A DNA stretch of 32,000 nucleotides from Bdellovibrionales bacterium (GTDB taxonomy: Bacteria; Bdellovibrionota; Bdellovibrionia; Bdellovibrionales; UBA1609): positions 1,020,001-1,052,000 of the forward strand of contig OZ252021.1 in NCBI GenBank assembly GCA_965247685.1. The letters run 5' to 3'. Below are positions 26,626 through 32,000 of the stretch, piece by piece (within the stretch, counting starts at the first letter, position 1; the number at the start of each line of letters is the position of its first letter). The notes under the pieces are model-generated. The model saw only the letters and a program-made list of their open reading frames with translations, did no database searches and was not told the DNA's origin. Made by a program: the position numbers and the translations under genes.

Positions 26626-28074
26626 CAGTTGAGCAATTTCTCCATGAGCTCCATCGAAGGGGCCGTTACTCATAACAACGATCACAGAAGGTTTTTCTAA
26701 TGATTGAACAATAGCCTTCGCCATTTTTTTTACATCATTGTATAAATAGGCTTTGACTCCTTGGATTTGCAATTCTTTAACAAGATTCTCGGAGGAAAAC
26801 CTTTCGTGCTCTGCAATTTCAAATGCTCTATAGGGAGGAGCTACATAGACTTGTTGAGCTTTAGAAAAAGCACGAGCATAGGCTTCTTGAAAAACATTTC
26901 TTCTGGAGGAGACTGAACGTGGTTCAAATACTGCAATGAGATCATGGTTTGAATATCTTTCTTTTAAAGAAGAAAGTGTGGACTTTACGGCAGTAGGGTG
27001 ATGAGCAAAGTCTTCGATGAGTACCGCCTTTGAAGTTTCTTTGAGAATTTGAGAGCGGCGGCATACTCCTTTAAATTGAGAAAGCCCTTCGAGAATGTGC
27101 TGGGTGTTCCAGCCCAGTTGGTGGCATAAAGCAAAAACTCCTAAAGCATTCATCGCATTGTGAAGTCCAAAGAGTGAAAATTGAATATTTACTTTTTCTT
27201 TATTAGGGCAAGACACAGTAAAAGTTTGAAAACCTTTGTCCGAGTAAGTCACGCGATTTTCCAATCGATAGTGACCATGAGTGACACCGTAAGAAACAAT
27301 ATTTTTTGTAGAAGCATTATTGAGAATGCTTTCAATATTTTTATCTTCAGCATTAACCACTAAAAAACCATCTTGAGGTAGAGATCGAATAAGCATTTCA
27401 AAACTGTTTTTCACTTTTTCCAAGCTATCGTAAATATCTACATGGTCGTACTCAATGCTGGTGAGAATAACAGAAAAAGGTTGGTAGTGTATGAATTTGG
27501 GGCGTTTATCAAAAAAAGCAGTGCTGTACTCATCTCCTTCAATAATAAACCAAGAAGAAGAAGTTTGTTTGAAAGATCGATTGAAATTATTTGGAATAGC
27601 ACCAATTAAAAAACTAGGATTTTTTTGGCAGGACTCAGTCACGAACGCTAGAAGAGAACTTGTAGTGGATTTTCCGTGAGTGCCAGAGACTACAATACTT
27701 TGTCGATCTTTGATTAAAGTAGTTTGAATCAACTCAGGTAAACTCACATACGGGATATCAGAGTTGAGTAATTGTTGAGCTTCTTTATTTTGGGAAAAGA
27801 TAGAGTTTCCAACAACCACCAGTCGAATAGATGAAGTCAATCTTTCAGCTTTGTAACCTTCCATTAACGAGATATTCATTTTTCTCAGCTGATCAGACAT
27901 TGGAGGATAAGTATTTTGATCACTTCCTTGAACATTAAAGCCCTTATCCTTTAAGACGCCCGCAAGCCCCGCCATAGCTGTACCGGCAATGCCAATGAAG
28001 TGAATTGTATCACCAAGGTGAAGCTGCACTTCTGTTAATTGACCTTTACTTCCTTTGTGAGCAGTAATACGCAT
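26620..28074 (-). CDS. mpl: UDP-N-acetylmuramate:L-alanyl-gamma-D-glutamyl-meso-diaminopimelate ligase (murein peptide ligase)
   Basis: IHFIGIAGTAMAGLAGVLKDKGFNVQGSDQNTYPPMS (Mpl-type N-terminus). Mur ligase P-loop SGTHGKSTTSSLLA, plus later EGDEY and DFAHHP motifs. AGGA lies 5 nt before the ATG. Confidence 0.87.
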   Translation of the reverse strand: MRITAHKGSKGQLTEVQLHLGDTIHFIGIAGTAMAGLAGVLKDKGFNVQGSDQNTYPPMSDQLRKMNISLMEGYKAERLTSSIRLVVVGNSIFSQNKEAQQLLNSDIPYVSLPELIQTTLIKDRQSIVVSGTHGKSTTSSLLAFVTESCQKNPSFLIGAIPNNFNRSFKQTSSSWFIIEGDEYSTAFFDKRPKFIHYQPFSVILTSIEYDHVDIYDSLEKVKNSFEMLIRSLPQDGFLVVNAEDKNIESILNNASTKNIVSYGVTHGHYRLENRVTYSDKGFQTFTVSCPNKEKVNIQFSLFGLHNAMNALGVFALCHQLGWNTQHILEGLSQFKGVCRRSQILKETSKAVLIEDFAHHPTAVKSTLSSLKERYSNHDLIAVFEPRSVSSRRNVFQEAYARAFSKAQQVYVAPPYRAFEIAEHERFSSENLVKELQIQGVKAYLYNDVKKMAKAIVQSLEKPSVIVVMSNGPFDGAHGEIAQLL

Positions 28075-28139
28075 AGACTATCCTAATAAAAAAACTTGAG
28101 TTCTCTTTTTTTTCAATTCATCAAATTTTTTAGACACTT

Positions 28140-28616
28140 TTACTTTAATCGACGATGGAAAAAATCATCGAGGCTCCAGCGTCGACCTCCGGCAACCATA
28201 ATACTGAGGAAAGCAAAACCATAAAGCAAGGCTAACTCTTTGTGACTCAAAGGATCATCTCCATGAAAAACAAAAACGATGATGGCCATAGTGATAACCA
28301 CTCCAAATGCAGATATTCGAGTCAATAGACCAAAGGCTACAAATAAGGCTGCGACGAATTCTGCGAATATTGCTAGAATAAGAGTCATTTGTGAACCTAG
28401 ACCAATAGGGTCAGGAAAGCTTTCTGCTTTTATTGTAAATTGAGATAATTTTCCCCAGCCATGAGTCAAGAGAAGTCCAGAAAAACTCAACCTAATAATC
28501 AATTGAGAGCAATCAGAGAGTAAGTTTTCCACTTTTGGAGAAAAAGCTATACCCATATATTTTTTTAAATTTTTGATGTTCATAAATACCCCTTTGTTTT
28601 TTATCCAGTTTGTCAT
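28140..28616 (-). CDS. DoxX-family membrane protein
   Basis: LIIRLSFSGLLLTHGWGKL plus three further hydrophobic helices. The true start may be an internal Met (28583 or 28556). Confidence 0.68.
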   Translation of the reverse strand: MTNWIKNKGVFMNIKNLKKYMGIAFSPKVENLLSDCSQLIIRLSFSGLLLTHGWGKLSQFTIKAESFPDPIGLGSQMTLILAIFAEFVAALFVAFGLLTRISAFGVVITMAIIVFVFHGDDPLSHKELALLYGFAFLSIMVAGGRRWSLDDFFHRRLK

Positions 28617-28683
28617 AGTTAAAAATGAGCAGACAAGTTTTAAGTTGGACTTTTTATTTTTTTTTGTGCTAGAATTTTAGTCT

Positions 28684-29796
28684 ATGAAGTTTTTAATGTA
28701 CTTTCTTTGTTTTTTTGCTCTTTTGTCTTGCAGCTCTGAGATTCAATCCAGCTCTAAAAACGTTCCAGAAGACAAATCCTCTCCCGCCCAAAAAAAAGAG
28801 GCTGTTCAGCAGAAAATAGAGTCACATCAAGATAAGAAGAGTTCTGACCGAGAATTGAATCGTAAAAAGAAGGTGAATACTATTTCTGATGAAGAGCGAG
28901 AACTTCGAATGGCTCGAAAGCATCAGCAGCCAGATCTTCAAAATGCTTTAGGTTTTGCAAGCACTCAAAAAGAAAGTATGAATAGCAATGTGATTTGCCG
29001 CCGCTTTCAAGGTTGCCGTAGATTTTGTTCAGATATTTATGGAAACAATAGAGCTTGCAACCAATGGCCTGTTATTTTGGTGCTGCAGAGTTGGTCGAAT
29101 ATGCTCAAACAATACGATACTCTTCAAATTATCGATCATACAGAATGGATAGGCCGCTATCGAGATGTTGTTGGATTTCTCCATGCTACGGATTCTTCAA
29201 ACTCTATTTTTCGATACATTACCTCTCGTCTCTCGGAAGGAAAATGTGAATCCAGTGGTGCTATGAATTTAACTTACCTCTCTGATGTTGAGTCGAAAAA
29301 TTATCCACACTCCTTATATCTCACTCGCTCCAACGATGATTCTCAAATGAATGAGTTGAAAAAAATTATGGATCCAGTGTTGTTTAAATTCGATCCACCC
29401 TTATTTCAAGGAATGTTGAATAAATGTTTATATGACTCTGTTGCAAAACAAGAGAAAAACTCTTCAGACGATGATGTTGTTATGACATCTTCAGATGCTC
29501 CTGATGGTGAAGAGAAAGTTGCAGAGGATGTTTCTTTGTCTCTTGTGGAGTATATGGTGGCTCATGACAACGAAATAGGTTTTAATATCGCTCATCGGGT
29601 TTTAGCTCAAAGTTGTGGCAACAGAAATGAGTGTATTCAGCTGGCTTACTGCACGATAGGTTCTGATGCAGTATGGTCTTATATTGATGGTAATAGGTAT
29701 CGGTTTGGTTTGGACATAGAAGCGAAGCCTTCACTTTGTTCTTATGAAGATTTTCACTCCCTGCCTTCAAAGTTTATAACTTTTTCTCTAAAATAG
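28684..29796 (+). CDS. Cys-rich lipoprotein, function unknown
   Basis: Signal peptide with lipobox MKFLMYFLCFFALLSC|SSE. Polar Lys/Glu/Ser-rich linker, then a domain with 10 further Cys (for example CRRFQGCRRFCSDIYGNNRAC). No family recognised. Confidence 0.6.
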   Translation: MKFLMYFLCFFALLSCSSEIQSSSKNVPEDKSSPAQKKEAVQQKIESHQDKKSSDRELNRKKKVNTISDEERELRMARKHQQPDLQNALGFASTQKESMNSNVICRRFQGCRRFCSDIYGNNRACNQWPVILVLQSWSNMLKQYDTLQIIDHTEWIGRYRDVVGFLHATDSSNSIFRYITSRLSEGKCESSGAMNLTYLSDVESKNYPHSLYLTRSNDDSQMNELKKIMDPVLFKFDPPLFQGMLNKCLYDSVAKQEKNSSDDDVVMTSSDAPDGEEKVAEDVSLSLVEYMVAHDNEIGFNIAHRVLAQSCGNRNECIQLAYCTIGSDAVWSYIDGNRYRFGLDIEAKPSLCSYEDFHSLPSKFITFSLK

Positions 29797-29807
29797 GGGA
29801 AGAATAA

Positions 29808-31784
29808 ATGAAAAGAAAATGGATTTTACTTTTAGCTTTTGGGTGTCTTTTTTTTCTAAAAGATGTTTTTGCTGATCCGATATGCAAGTTTGATAATAGC
29901 GCAAAGTCACAGGTTTGTTTTTTTGCGCTGAACGGACCGGAGGAAAGTCAAAAAGTAACTCAACAAGTTGACGGTTTATGCTCTCATTGTTTGAGTGAAG
30001 AGGGTGCTCCGATAAAGTGTACAGAAGATTCTTCTTTGACAAAAATCAAAGAGTTTTATGCGTGCCAAGGTGACGAAGAGGTAGAACTTGGAGCCGGAGG
30101 CAATGTCAGCAAAGCTTTTGAGGAAATGACCAAAGAGCGCTGTGATGGGCTTATAATCTCAGGTCATCACGTGGGTTATTACACTGGAGGGAAAACTTAT
30201 CAGGAGGAAAATACTGATGGTTCGCCATCTCGTGAGAGAACAAAAGACAAAGATACTTTAAGTTTGGATTTCTTGGAAAAGCTTTCTTGTTTAAAAACCA
30301 ATGATGGAACAAATTGTCAACCATGGTTTTCTAATATCAAATATGTGCATCTTCATGGTTCTTATACGGCAGGTCGAGATATTGGATCTCAAAAACTTGA
30401 TGATGTTGTATTAGACAAAATCGATAAGTATAGTGGAAGAAACTGGAATACTGGGAAAATTCGTTATTTGAATCGAGAGTATGCTTCCACTGTGGATGAA
30501 AAGAATCCTCTCAGCAGTCGCTATAATAAAATGTTTCCAGGGGCTTTGTTGTTTGGTTGGTCGGCTCAAGTTCCCACCATTGATCAAGGCTCTCCTGAAC
30601 AGATTTTAAAGCATATGAAGACTTTGGATCGTATTATCAGTGGCGATTCCACTGCTGATTTGAATTTGGATAGTTTTTTAAAATTTCTTGCATCCGAGAA
30701 AGATTCTAGTGGAGATCCTGTTTGTGACCCAGATAAATGGAATGCACAAGGTGGTGGGTTGGGTGAGCTTTTTGAAGATGATCCTGATAAAGAAGAGGAT
30801 GGGCAAAAAGGTTGTGATTTATCCAATGCTATTAATATGAAAGATACGGAAGGTATTAAACAAGCTTTGGAAAATATTTTTTCTTGTGAAGAACTTCAAT
30901 CAAAAGAAAACTGTGCGGAAAACTCCTCTTCATATCAATTAGGTACGTGCTCTTCAGCTTGTCATAAGCGCTTGTTAGCGCAAAATATAAATCGAATTTT
31001 TGCACTTCTTAATGATGATAATTCATTGAGTTCAACAGAAGAAGATGAAATTTTAGAGTTTTTAAAAAAATCACCGAAGGGTCAGTTTTTGAAACATATT
31101 TTGAAGGATTTTGTGGAAAAAGAGAAAAGTATTGTTCGTCGAGCTGATTATGTATATTTATTTAAAAAAATATTTGGTGAAGAAGATAAGACAGGACTTA
31201 GATCGATTGAAAAAACTTTTATGGAAGGCGTAAATGAACTTTATGACCATTTGGAAACATCAGAAGATTCTTCTTACAAAAAAATGTACAAAGAAATACT
31301 TGCCGAAGTGATATGGAAAAATAACATAGGTCAAACTCTTAAAATGGATGATGCTCCAGATGAAGATAAAAAACTTGTGACAACACTACTTGAAAATTTT
31401 GCAGGCGGTGATGGTTCGCAAGCTCTATTGTTGAGAGCGGCTATTTTTCCAGATGGAAGGGAAGATATTCCTGCTGTTGACGAGTTAATTAAAGATCCAA
31501 GACAAAACAAATGGATTGATGATTGGATGGGTTTGCAAATAAAAAATAAGAAATATGAAAATTTGAGCAAAATTGTAAATGATGATGCTGTGAATTTTGA
31601 CAAATACAAAACACTTATGATTCGAATCGCTGAAGCATCTCTTATTTTTTGTATGAAGGAGAACCCTTTCGTCGATCAATTAAGACCAGGAGAAGACAAA
31701 GCACAAGAGTTCAAGGATATTTTTAATATTGAAAAAGACATTTATACTGGCAACTTTGACAACGCCAAACATTGTGGTCAGTGA
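29808..31784 (+). CDS. Cys-rich secreted protein, function unknown
   Basis: Signal peptide MKRKWILLLAFGCLFFLKDVFA|DP, with about 17 Cys in the mature part. Lies 11 nt after the lipoprotein gene, with a purine-rich RBS (GGGGAAG). No family recognised. Confidence 0.6.
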   Translation: MKRKWILLLAFGCLFFLKDVFADPICKFDNSAKSQVCFFALNGPEESQKVTQQVDGLCSHCLSEEGAPIKCTEDSSLTKIKEFYACQGDEEVELGAGGNVSKAFEEMTKERCDGLIISGHHVGYYTGGKTYQEENTDGSPSRERTKDKDTLSLDFLEKLSCLKTNDGTNCQPWFSNIKYVHLHGSYTAGRDIGSQKLDDVVLDKIDKYSGRNWNTGKIRYLNREYASTVDEKNPLSSRYNKMFPGALLFGWSAQVPTIDQGSPEQILKHMKTLDRIISGDSTADLNLDSFLKFLASEKDSSGDPVCDPDKWNAQGGGLGELFEDDPDKEEDGQKGCDLSNAINMKDTEGIKQALENIFSCEELQSKENCAENSSSYQLGTCSSACHKRLLAQNINRIFALLNDDNSLSSTEEDEILEFLKKSPKGQFLKHILKDFVEKEKSIVRRADYVYLFKKIFGEEDKTGLRSIEKTFMEGVNELYDHLETSEDSSYKKMYKEILAEVIWKNNIGQTLKMDDAPDEDKKLVTTLLENFAGGDGSQALLLRAAIFPDGREDIPAVDELIKDPRQNKWIDDWMGLQIKNKKYENLSKIVNDDAVNFDKYKTLMIRIAEASLIFCMKENPFVDQLRPGEDKAQEFKDIFNIEKDIYTGNFDNAKHCGQ

Positions 31785-31853
31785 GTTTCGGCTTAAAGAA
31801 TTTCTTTAACATCTTGCTTGAACTCTTATTCAAACCTAACTATATTCAGCTTT

Positions 31854-32000
31854 ATGGCTTATTTTAAAGATCAATTTTCAAAAGATGCTGTTCTTATCTC
31901 ATGTGTGCAGGCTTCAAAAGAATTTTTGAACAAGAAGGTTGTACTCACTGGCTGGGTGGAAGCGCGCCGAGACCATGGTCATTTTATTTTTTTAGATGTT
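31854..32000 (+). CDS. aspS: Aspartyl-tRNA synthetase (5' end only, runs off the window end)
   Basis: MAYFKD...KKVVLTGWVEARRDHGHFIFLDV matches the class IIb OB-fold N-terminus (V.L.GWV...RD.G...F.D.RD). Only 49 codons are visible, so AsnRS cannot be fully excluded. Confidence 0.72.
   Translation, partial: MAYFKDQFSKDAVLISCVQASKEFLNKKVVLTGWVEARRDHGHFIFLDV

Noticed and set aside
28781-28812. PAQKKEAVQQK in the lipoprotein linker resembles the NusA repeat PAQQKEAVSAQ
   Set aside because: The match covers about 8 residues of low-complexity composition and the DNA is not conserved. It is most likely coincidence.
31793-31809. Palindrome ttaaagaa-t-ttctttaa between the Cys-rich gene and aspS, considered as a terminator
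   Set aside because: It is entirely A/T apart from one G-C pair, the loop is too small and there is no U-tract. It is unlikely to form a functional terminator.

Overview
AT-rich, densely coding bacterial chromosomal window with about 30 genes on both strands, almost all core housekeeping. All calls rest on motif recognition by eye. No searches were run.

Gene order:
- 5'-truncated nusA, then infB-rbfA-truB-rpsO-pnp, in the same order as E. coli.
- An orphan exported protein.
- A UvrD/PcrA-type helicase translationally coupled to a SPOR-domain protein.
- A FliL-like gene plus sigma-28 (fliA), which converges on and overlaps sigma-32 (rpoH).
- A multi-pass membrane protein.
- A lone mevalonate kinase gene.
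- lnt-tilS on the minus strand.
- A double zinc-ribbon protein, then ftsB-like, then polA.
- rpmI-rplT packed into one gene string with type-2 IPP isomerase, class II HMG-CoA reductase and a divergent GHMP kinase.
- mpl, then a DoxX-family protein.
- Two adjacent Cys-rich exported proteins with no family I can recognise.
- The 5' end of aspS.

I saw no rRNA, tRNA, CRISPR array, transposase, integrase or recognisable defence or toxin genes. I cannot point to a clear novel system.

Most unusual items:
- A 10-copy in-frame acidic tandem repeat that forms a C-terminal tail on NusA.
- A 34-bp tandem duplication spanning the start codon of the SPOR gene.
- The ribosomal-protein and mevalonate-pathway gene fusion, with only part of the pathway in view.
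- Three convergent gene pairs whose 3' ends overlap.
- The Cys-rich exported gene pair at 28.7-31.8 kb. This is the best candidate for something undescribed, but the case rests only on my failing to recognise it.

The gene content combines diderm markers (lnt, mpl, SPOR), flagellar regulators, the mevalonate pathway and low GC. That fits a Bdellovibrionota/Oligoflexia-like organism, which is a low-confidence inference.
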